NCBI RefSeq assembly: GCF_011745625.1
Contig: NW_027191480.1
Location: 62,001 to 126,000, forward strand
DNA from: Cladosporium halotolerans
Taxonomy: Eukaryota
Direction of reading: 5' to 3'
Length of the DNA stretch: 64,000 bases
Shown: positions 12,706-22,665 of the stretch, piece by piece
Layout of the letters: every line of letters starts with the position of its first letter
How positions within the stretch are numbered: position 1 is the stretch's first letter
Made by a program: the position numbers and the translations under genes
The notes under the pieces: model-generated
Database searches by the model: none
Told to the model about the DNA's origin: nothing
What the model saw: the letters and a program-made list of their open reading frames with translations, nothing else

Positions 12706-13336
12706 TGATGAATATGCCAACTAGGCACAATAATTACTTAAAAAGCGTCTTTCCTCTCAATAATAAAAACTAGTCCCCACACCTCGGTACCATTGAATGG
12801 TGTGGCGGTGACGTTTCCCCGCTCGCTTCATTGCTTGCTCGTTGATCAAGCCAGCGAATCTTCGCAAATGTAATAATGAGATGTGTCCGCTGTTATTTGC
12901 CATTCATAGTGGCTGAGGCAAATTTCCACTTGAGAGTATATATATACACAATGGCCGAGAAGCCCTATATCACAACGTACACCTGGCCAGAAATGCCAGT
13001 AACTTGTCCAATACAAGTATTCGCACTAATACACAAGCCTCAATGGGGTTTCTGAGCCTCATACATCCATTGCAAGTAGTCGTCCACACCGGTAATCTCG
13101 GGTTCATCGGGTTTCAGCTCCGGCTCCATCTCTGCCTTCGGCTGTCGATCCTTGGTGATCTCAGGCTCAGCGGATCTGCTCTCGGATTGATTCTCAGACT
13201 TCTCAGACAAAGCACCCTCCTTCCAGAGAACCTTATCCTGTCCCTTCTCCATATCATCCAGCTTCCTCCTAAACTTTCGTCCCTGCTCGGCCAGGTTCCT
13301 CAGAGCTCCAGGTAGCCGTTATCAAACTTCCGGAAG

Positions 13337-13890
13337 TTGCCGTCAACTGTATCACTCTCAATCCAGAGTGAACATAGTGAACGGACATGGCTTCTGGAGC
13401 AAGGCAAACAGATTTGCAGGGACTTCGAGCGAGGTGACTGTGTCTTTGTCGAGACGCCTGCTATAAAGTTGCAATGCCCGTGGCCTACCGATCATACGGA
13501 TGATGCCATCAAACCCGCAACTGTAGCTTACTTCTATCGAATTTGTGTGAAGTACATCATGGCCTCACGGCTTCTCCTGGGGTTATCACGTGACGACGGC
13601 CATTGCTTTACAGCTTGTCAGAAACCCAAGCACGGATGGCCTCATTTTGGACACGGTCATATTGTTGGCTATGGCGTGGAATGGGGTAAGAATGCAATCT
13701 TTTTTACCTTGAACGGTAAGAGGCTTGGTAAGTCCACAACCCTGTACGATAGCCAGAACTGTTTTGTAGTTCTCAACTAATTTGGTCCAATGATCAGAAC
13801 CAAATGTTAGCTTCAAGCCTTGCCGGTTGTACCATGCTATAGGCCTGAGTCAAAGCGGTGCGAAGGTCCAGGCAAATTTCGAAGCGGTGG
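13337..13890 (+). pseudogene. Degenerate SPRY-domain gene fragment
   Basis: SWGYH(G)DDG with a 1-nt deletion at ~13590, then GHIVGYGV..IFFTLNGKRLG, a GTAAGT intron at ~13727, and RLYHAIGL..GAKVQANF. Confidence 0.7.
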
Positions 13891-13949
13891 CTCCCGGCCT
13901 TCCTGGCGTCACTTTTCCGTCTTCTGTTTCTTAATGACTTCATTTTGCG

Positions 13950-14815
13950 ACATCCAGGCTATACTGCTGGAGAGGGGTCCTCGGGTTGGATTTGTGCTCA
14001 AAGCAGCCACCATTATCGCCGCGGTAGCCCCAACTGGCCTCCGAATGACCTGGAAGCTTAAAGAGCGGGACATCTCTCTCGCTGAATCCAACACTGATAA
14101 TCCTAGAGAATCTTAGTAGATGTTTAAGACAGGTCACATTATCTTTTGTCGAGGACTTGTACCCTTCACTAGTTTGTACTCACTGGTCAGTGCCTTCAGA
14201 TATGATAACAATCTTGAAATAAAAGTCACCGTGTGGAGAGACAGGATGGTCTGCAAGAACTGCGGCGGGGAGCGTTTCTTGAGCTTTTCCTACCGTCTCA
14301 TCCGTTAGCCTCTTAGATTTCTGATGGCAATACATCGCCTTCTTACCTTCTTCGGGGTGTGAATTGGCCCGAGGTTCAATTTCACATCCGGTTCCGTCAC
14401 ATTGCAGTTGGGGCGACTTTTCAGTCATGCTCCAGGAGCCTGGTGTCTTAAACCTTGAGGGGCTTCCTACTGGAGGCCACGTATCTCCTAGTTGTGACGC
14501 TTCTTCAAGGACCACCAACCCTCCAGTGCACTCACACTGATTCCCAAGCCAGCTGCCGAGGTTGTTCAAGCACATAGCCCAGCATGGGTGGTCGAGCAGA
14601 GTCGCCTACACTGCTTGTCGGGCGGCGTCAATGGCCTCTCCTAGGTCTTTAATCTCTCCATTGCGCTCATACCGTTCTTCCAGCATCACTGCAAATGAGT
14701 AACGTGCAGGATGATTTGCAAGGCTCTGGCCTGCCATTCCCGGACCCTCTCTAGCAAGTTGGATGGCGACATTTAGCTCCTTGATCTCTCATGATTCTCT
14801 GTATACCTCGTAAGA
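13950..14815 (-). pseudogene. Degenerate TPR-repeat plus PRY/SPRY gene relic
   Basis: TPR-like ERYERNGEIKDLGEAIDAARQAV*ATLLDHP..CLNNLGSWL with in-frame stops at 14789-14791 and 14606-14608. Then WSMTEKSPQL, ADHPVSPHGDFYF, a predicted intron and IISVGFSE..LPG..SWGYRGDNG. Confidence 0.7.
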
Positions 14816-15680
14816 GCGGACTGTCTCCGCAACTAAGACGCCGCGACACCTTCCCTATCCATGCTAATATGTTCTGCCAGCTGTTTGTCAAGTAAGTTGC
14901 GCAAACTCAATCTCGTTTAGCGAGAACTCTATCCTTCGATGTAGCATGATATTATACACCGTAGTGGACAATGATCTGGTGAGTTCAGAAAATCACTGAG
15001 GTGGAGACCATAACGAGCCTTTTTCTCATCCTACAAAGCAGATCCCGCGCTGCTGCTTAGCGAAGTTCTCATGTGCTATTGTTATCACGGACCTCACGCG
15101 AAGCTTCCTCCGATGGCTTTCTGCCACTAAGCGCTCTGGCTGTATGTGAGCTTCTTAGCTTACGCTCGACAAACTTTGCACTTGCAGTGTTTTTCTCGAT
15201 TTGGCTTAGAAAGGAAGATGCCTTACATACATTGCACACACGCTAAGTGCAAGGCTCGGCATGTCACAAGAAGAGATATCACATTTCAGATCCAGAAATC
15301 GTGTGCTTGCAGGGAAGTGGGCATGTAACGAGGTCCTGTCTGACACTTTACAGCGCTCGATCCAGGAACGAAGGCCACAGAGTCAGTCAGTAGCCGCATC
15401 TTTGATGCCTCCCGAGTGGCTCGACTAGGAATCAAAAGATCCTGGTGAGGGCTTCCTGGAACCAGGAACCAGAAACCGTGGTCAGGCTCCGTCTGGTTCC
15501 AGCGTCACGCGCAGCTTGTATTTGAGATGCGGGAAGGGCCGCGCGCTTCCCAGGCGCTCGTAGGTGACAACCGGGTTCTCATCATGTTCCTGGAATTTGG
15601 GATCAGCAGCTACGGCACGTGATTTAGAATGTTACTGGGAAGCGCCGAGCCCGTCCAAGGGCAGGTGACAACCGTACACT

Positions 15681-15765
15681 CCGTCCGCTCTGCCATACAT
15701 AAGCACTGAACCGGGCGACTAGTACTAGAGTGGGTGACCATCTGGGAATCCCGCCTGTTGTATGT
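15681..15765 (+). rRNA. 5S rRNA gene, 5'-truncated (about the first third missing)
   Basis: CCGTCCGCTCTGCCATACATAAGC...CTAGTACTAGAGTGGGTGACCATCTGGGAATCCCGCCTGTTGTATGT followed by a TTTT Pol III terminator. The expected ACATAC.. 5' end is absent. Confidence 0.92.
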
Positions 15766-15989
15766 TTTTGTCCTTTGGCTTTCCTTTTTGCACTTTGATC
15801 TGAACTTCACATCCTCGCCCAAGACGGATGATCGAAGACGACTCCATTAAACCTAGGTGTAGTACCACTCTGACCGCTAAAAACTTGCAGTTTGTAAAGT
15901 TACCACGAACAGACGGTGATCAAATCCTCCCTCAGTACAGCCTGAAGTGTTCGCTATTGTCTGTACCTTAACTGTTTGATTGGTCATTA

Positions 15990-17454
15990 CTACTCTGTCT
16001 TTCTACCATCTTCGAGCATCTCATCCGCCGAAGCCCTATAGAACGCCACTCCACCGAGAACCCTCCCAGTAGCAAGATGGTATATCGTGAAACCCCAGTT
16101 TGCGAAATAGACAATAAGCAATGCCAGCAGGAATATCGACGACAGCGCCCGGAACGCCGGAGAATCCAAGGATGTCGACAACAGGATCCACGCAGTGTTG
16201 ACTGTCGCTACCGGGAAGATGGTTCCCCACCAAAGCATCGAAAAAGTGTGCTGGCGATTGATCGCGCCCTCGATCATAGCGCTCAGCGCGAAGAGGGTGA
16301 AGAAGACGGCTAGGCCGAGCAGGAGAAGAGCGACCCAGACGCCGATGCTGGAGAAGGTTGAGCCCCCCATTTGCTGCAACAAGGTACCCTTGCCGTATCC
16401 TCCAAAGTGCATCCTCGAAGCGGTGCCTAGAGAAAGTGCTGCTCCGGCTGCTTGTCCCACAGGCCCGACGAGAAGGAACAGCGTAGGGTATTGGATTGGA
16501 GGCGGCAAGCCGCTGTCGATGAACCGGATCGTGCACGCGGCGAAGACCAGGAGCGCCACGAACAGGCCGACGCCTAGCAGTATGTACGACACGATGATAA
16601 CCGGCACCGCGAGTCGGTCGCTGATCTCAGCGGAGTAGCTTGAAATGAGGCCGCCCACCAGGGCGTTGGTGCACATGCTGACGTATCTGTGAGCGGTCAG
16701 TATCGGTGTGCCGTCGGATCGCTGGGGCAGCGAGCTTACGGGATGACCAGAGCTGGTGCGAGGTCGGCAATGCTCGTCACGGAGTATTTGGCGACCATGA
16801 AGAAGACGAAGACGGCGATGGCCAAAGCCACCGCAGTGCCAATCCACCACATCACGAACGCCACCAGTGTGAAGGCGTGAGAGCCCCAACCGGCTTGGCT
16901 GACCGTGAGGCTAACCTGTCGAGTCCGTCAGTGATGGGAGCGGGCGAGATCAGGATTTGGCGGATGAACCTGAGCGACGAGAGTGAAGTACGCAATGGGA
17001 ACGGTCCCGGTCATACTGAGCTCCACAAGATTTGTCGTCATGTCTTTGGCCATGCGCTTCGGAAATAAAAAGATTCTCACCAGGAGAATAAGTGTGAAAA
17101 GAATGAAAAGCACTAGATTAAAGACGAACATGATGGTCGAAAGTATACCCAGGCCCGCGAACTGATTTCCTGTTATTCGATGTGCAATTTAACAGGTGAT
17201 AAGCCCCGGCTTCGAGATGGACATACCTGGTAGGGATTTTGATGCATTATAATCGATACTGATCGCGAAAATGTCAGCAGATCTTTCTGTTGCAACTGCA
17301 GTCGCGTGCTTACGTATGCCTGTGTCCATCAACACGGTGAACCTGCTCATATGTCAGATAGCACACCCATCGTTGTGAGCCCGACAAACCAAAGAAAAGA
17401 AAAGTTCTCAACAACCACAGAGGGTAGCGACCGTGTGTCATGTTGTGTATCCAT
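15990..17454 (-). CDS. TDT/SLAC1-family (Mae1/Ssu1-like) anion or dicarboxylate transporter, multi-exon
   Basis: Spliced reading MDTQ..NFSFLWFTVLMDTGILSIIMHQNPYQF.., then LLVGPVGQAA and FSMLWWGTIFP, with many TM helices. About five GT-AG introns. Confidence 0.85.
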
Positions 17455-17968
17455 AGTAGTATTTTATCGACTGTCGTTCGGCCAGAACGATTATGCTGAA
17501 GCCTGATTCTAGCGATCAATGCCGACTGAGAGTAATGTGACAGAGCTAATGTGACGAAGCAATGTCTAATTGTTGTAGCTTTTGGCGTAGACAAAGGATT
17601 GCTAGGTATTATTATTAGAGATTATCACACGACTATTGAATATCCTGCTCTTCCGGGGTAACCGCTTGCAAAGCTGCCGTATATCAAGTTCCTCGTGACG
17701 TCTGCGAATAGTTGTGATGTCAGTGTGAGTATTATAGATGAGATTGTATGGCGTCGACGTTTCGATCCGGCAACCCGGATCTGAGTCCGTGTCCGAAGAA
17801 AGCCAAATAATAACTTCACCAAGATAGTGACTGCATCTACAGTCGCGAATCAAATACTGCAAGACGCCTGTAAGCTGTGTACGGTTTTTTCGAACACGGG
17901 TGACATGGCCACTACCTCCAAAAAGGTGCATGAAATCCAACTACAGAAGCTCACGCCTGCGTGCTCCA

Positions 17969-19322
17969 CTACCACACGACTGGCATGGCGGTGACACCCA
18001 TGTTTTGCGTAGCCGGCGTATACTCCAGGCTTTCCACGGGCACCGCGAGTTTCAAGTCCGGTAGTCGCTGATAAAGGACGGCTGCAGAAACCATTAACCG
18101 GATGGCCCCATGTATCCACCTCAGGAGCGTACCTACCGAAGACTTCTTCCAACTCAACCCGAGACAGCCACTCGCCCTGACAACGATGCGGACCCCAGCC
18201 GAACCCCAGGACGTCCTTCGGCTCTACTCGGCGGTGGATGTCGAAGCGGTCTGGGTGCGCGAAGTGCTCTTCGTCGCGGTCCGCGGACTGCACCGAGCAG
18301 ATAAGCTTATCGCCTTTCCTCATGCTCTAGGGTCGCCGTTCGCGTCAGTATCTAGATCATGCTCTCTCGAGCGCAAATGGATGCAATATGGCAAGACTCA
18401 CCTGTCCGCCAATCTCAACATCCTCGTTGACCGCGCGCCGGCTGTTGAGCGCCGACGTCGTGTTATAGCGCGTCAGCTCCAGCACGACGTCCTTCGCGAG
18501 TTTCGGGTCCTCCTTCAGCTCGTCGCGCTGGCCCGCGTGCAAGTGCAGCGTCACGACGCCCAGCGCGATCGAGTTGATGAGCGCCGCGTTGCCGGCGACC
18601 AGCACGAGGAAAGCCAGGTTCACGATCTCCTCCAAGCTGAGCTTGCCCTGCTTGTACGGGCCCGCGACCAGATGGCTCACGAGATCGTCCTTCGGGCTCG
18701 GGCTTTCAATTCGCCCTTTCACGAACTGTTCCATGTAAGCCTGCAGGTTGCGGTTAGAGCTCTGCGCCGCGTCGCGCGCCGTGCTGGTGCGGACCTCGCT
18801 GTCCCTCGACAGCGCCGGGATGTCCTCCTCGGGGATCCCCAGGAGGTGATAGATGACCTGCGGCGGCACGAGGCCCGCGAACTCCTGCACAAAGTCCACG
18901 GGCTCGCGCGTGTGCTCGCCATGCTTCCCGACGAGCTCGTCGAGGTTAGCCTCGACGACCCGCCTCATCATCGGCCGCATCTTCTCTGCCGCCTGCGGCG
19001 TGAACCAAGCCTCCAGCATGCCGCGCTGCTCGGCGTGCGCCGGGTCGTCGAGGTTCACGAACGTCGGCGTCTGCGCCTTGGCCTTGCCGCCGCCCTCGTG
19101 GATCTCCGGGTACGCGGCGTGCCGCCTGTCGGCGGAGAGCTGGGGCGCGGCCAGGGCGGCGCAGCAGTCTTTGCGCTTGGTCAGTAGCCAGGATTCGCTG
19201 TCGTCGAAGAGCTTTACTTTCACGATGGGGCATTTGTGACGCAGTTCTGCATTCTCCGGAGGCGGGTGGAATGTTTCGCGTCGTGCGAAGGGGAAAGTCA
19301 ATGTTTCGGTAGGTGCGTGCAT
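17969..19322 (-). CDS. CYP55: Cytochrome P450nor-like (CYP55, soluble bacterial-type P450), 3 exons
   Basis: FPFAR..HPP, PTFVNLDDPAH..QR, I-helix AFLVLVAGNA, ELTR (ExxR) and heme motif FGWGPHRCQG. No membrane anchor. Introns at 18401-18327 and ~18136-18083. Confidence 0.85.
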
Positions 19323-20328
19323 CGCCGACTTGAATAGCAGTGATTCTTGCGTGCTAGATAGCGAGGACGCAATCGCGGACTTGAACGAGCAATATTGTAT
19401 AGCGCCGCTGCCGCTCTTTTGGTCAGGGATCGGTCCTATGTACCTCCAATCGGGCAAGACGGCAGAGGCGGCATAGCCGGCCCAGGTTCCACGACATCAT
19501 AATGTACGCATTGCCTGAGTGACGAAGTAAGCTCAACAACATCCTACAGCTTCTCCACGGATTGGCGGCAATGTAGGTATGGAACAGGAGTGTTTTAACT
19601 GACACAACTTACGTGCCTTGATTCGGACAGAGCGCCCTTGACTTTCGCGGGAAAAGTAACCCAGACAGCTCTGTGATTTTCCCTTCCAGACTGTTCCATG
19701 TCATGACGGAACGATACGTTGGCGAAGGCTCCGGGAGGCGTCGAAGGGCGATTTGTCCAGTCTCCCATTCTCATTGCAACCAGCCCTTGGCTCGCGAAAG
19801 CAGGATGGGAAAAAAGGGGCCAGGTTTGATAAAAATTGGTATCATTCATAATACTCAGCGTAAAACACAAAAGGTATCAAACAAGAAGCCAAAAAAAGTA
19901 AGTAAGTATACTCCCCTACAAGTCCCCAGAGCAGAGTAGAGCGAAAGCGAAACGTCAAAAAAGCATTTTCGTATCGTCAGTGAGTTCTCTCACCAAGACC
20001 GTAAACGTCCCTCCCCCTATTCCCAAATATCACAGCAGCCATCTTCAGGCCTTCCTTCCTCTTTCCCATGGGCTTGAGCGGGAGCGTCTATCCACCTGTG
20101 TGTCCTCAGCTCAGCCTAGGCCCGGATCCTTTTTTTCCTCAAATTGCTCGATCATTACAAGGAATCGTGAAGCGAATTGTGTTTAATTTTTTAGGTTCGA
20201 TCTTCCTCTCCCGCATGCCGGATCCGTAAAGCGTGTGAAATCGTTGCAGTGACTGTTGGAGCTCCGTGCTCTGAGCTCGCCGGATCCTGCAGCGCTGGCC
20301 AGAAGCGATCAGAAAGCCATGCGTTGGT

Positions 20329-22665
20329 TTACTTGTCTCCTCCACCACCAGGCTGCAACGCGTGCGTGTGGCCAGGCGCTCTGAAGACGGCGCCGTTCTC
20401 TTCCTGGCGACACACCAGGGCATTCTGCACCCAGGGGTCGGCGAGGACCTCGTCCATCGTGGCGCGCTTGCGCGGGTCGAGCTCCAGCATGCGGCCGATG
20501 ATGTGCCTGGTCTCGCGCGGGAGGAGACGGAGCAGGCGCATGGGGCCCTTGATGGTGCCTGATTCGGAGGAGTTGGTGGACTGGCGTGATGCGGGTTCGG
20601 TGCGGGGCTGCGAGTCGTTGTGGTGGTGGTGGTGGTGCTTGTGCTGGTGTTCAGAGCTCGTGTCGTTGGTCGAGCCCGTCGGGTTGCGGGATGCGGGCTC
20701 GGATTGAGTGCCGCGCTTCGAGTCGTCCTGACTGCGGTGGGAGTGAGGTGTGATTGAGCGGCGGTTTGCGTCCATGAGACGATCCTGTTCGGGATCGGGG
20801 GGAGAGACGAAGAGTCGGTAGGAGTTGTCCGAGATCCGCGGCGCTTTCCAGGGGAATCGGCGAAGAGTCATGCAACAGAAGATTATAGCTATTGACCAGA
20901 TATCCGCCGGCCTAGGGTCGTATCGCTGGTTGTCGTATACTTCGGGTGCAAGGTACGGATCAGAACCGACGACGCCTGAGAATTGTTAGTTGACTACACG
21001 TCTAGTGGCCTTCCGAGGATTGTGTTGCTCACCTGTCGCCAGTACGACCTCATTCTCAAACGGATAGCGAAAGACAACCGCACTCCCGAAATCGATCAAC
21101 TTCATGATGCCGTGCTCGTTGATAACAACGTTGTCCAGCTTCAAATCACGATGCGCCAGACCCATCTGGTGCAGGTAGCACACTCCGCTGACAATCTGCA
21201 GCGTAGCGCACGTAATCTCGTCTCTCGTCATCTTGCCAGTCATGACCGTCGCGAACAGGTCGAACGGCGCATATTCCATAACTTCGTACCACTTGCCCTT
21301 CTCGTGGACAATGTCGATCGTCTCGATGATGTTGCCGTGGTGCAGAGTCGACCCTATACAGAACTCTGCGGTGACCTTCTTGTTGTACTCTCTTTCGCTC
21401 TCGTATGCGTGGCGATCGCGGAATTGCTTCACAGCGAATGTCACGCCGTCTCCAGTGCGCTTCATCAGGCGAACAGAGCCTCCAGCGCCAGAACCGAGGA
21501 TCTTGCCGAATTTTCCATATTTTGATGCAAGACCATGGTCGTCCGCAAACGGAATAGTAGGAGTCTGCGTGCCATTGGTAGGCGGCGTCTTCGTGCCGTC
21601 TCTTGACTCCGACCTGCGCTTGGCTTCCTTCTCCTTCTCCTTTTCCTTGTCCTTGTGCTTGTACTCGCCAATTTTGAAAAATCGCTTGAGGTTCGACTTC
21701 GAGCTGCCGTGTTTCTCGTGGCCGCTGTCGTCATCGTGCTTTTTGCTGCCACCGAAAAAGCTTGAGCGTTTGTTCTCGTGTTTCGTCTCACTGAGGTTCG
21801 CTGAGCTTCCTGGTGTGGACCGGGGAAGACCAGATACAGTTGCAGGCATGGTGCCTGGAATTGTACCCGAGCTCGAGAAGCCTTGCGCGGGGTCTCGGTT
21901 GCCGAACCTGAATCGCTGTTCTGCTGTAGACGGCTGTCTAGAGTGGGACGTCGGTTGCATTGCAGGAGTGCCAGGCGCAGTGTTGGATGGGCTCACGTCA
22001 GAAGAAGGCGGCTCCGAATCTCCAGTGGGACCAATCGAGAAGCGTGGTGTCTGTTTAGGGTGCGCAGGAACGCCTCCCGCCTGCTCTGATTGAGGTGCGG
22101 ACGTGGGAGCTCTTTGCGGGGAGGAAGATCGCTGTGGTGTCATGACATCGGGTGCCGGACGTGGAAGCTGCACAGGGTTGTAGAAAGGCTTGCTGTCGCG
22201 GCTCTTGGTTGCGGTCGGAGTTAGCGGGGGAGAATGCACTGCAGTGGTCGGCGGAGACGGTCTAGGAGATGCTTCGGTTGAGCCAGCAGGCAGATGCCTC
22301 CTGCTCGGTGTTGCAGCGCCAGAGGGCGTTGCTTGGCCTGAGGGTACCTGAAATTGAATGTCAGCACTGGGAAAACGTACTCAAGCGGTGAAAATGCTCA
22401 CTCTAGAAGCTGGCATGGAGCCGGGGAGTGACACGGGTTCGAAGGCATGGTGTTGCATGCGCGACGACTGAATGTTGTTCTGGAGGGTGGTCTTCAGTTG
22501 CGCCAGCTCCTGCTGGGCCTGAGGGTTCAGGTCTTCTCTCTGCCTGTCGGCAGAATTGGAAGAATCAACATCCTCCAAGCTGTGTTCGGGCGCAATCTCT
22601 TGGTTCTCGGCCGCGAATCGCACACCCGTCTTCTCCATCTGCGGGTCCTCCATGGGAGTGCCCAT
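20329..22665 (-). CDS. hal4: HAL-family (Sat4/Hal4-like) Ser/Thr protein kinase, 3 exons
   Basis: [31 protein letters not shown] and RRFPWKAPR. Introns at ~22401-22348 and ~21032-20977. Confidence 0.88.

Larger units (their letters stand above)
8010..12710 (-). mobile_element. Tad1-clade non-LTR retrotransposon (LINE), 3'-truncated and frameshifted
   Basis: ORF1 has CCHC knuckles. ORF2 has an APE endonuclease, an RT and the start of RNase H. The ORF2 ATG (11252) overlaps the ORF1 stop in ATGTCTAA. Confidence 0.93.

Noticed and set aside
12720..12960. HDV-like ribozyme at the LINE 5' end
   Set aside because: I could not build the P1/P3/L3 pseudoknot on either strand. The TCCCCGCT loop candidate lacks a P3 stem.
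15300..15324. CAGGGAAGTGGGCAT as the missing 5' part of the 5S gene
   Set aside because: Only GGGCAT matches the expected sequence, and the ACATAC..CCATA 5' end is absent.
18102..19187. 361-aa ORF antisense to P450nor (also 11665..12708 antisense to LINE ORF1)
   Set aside because: GC-rich shadow ORFs of real genes.
19323..19457. N-terminal mitochondrial extension of P450nor
   Set aside because: The upstream frame is open but has no in-frame ATG and is not presequence-like.
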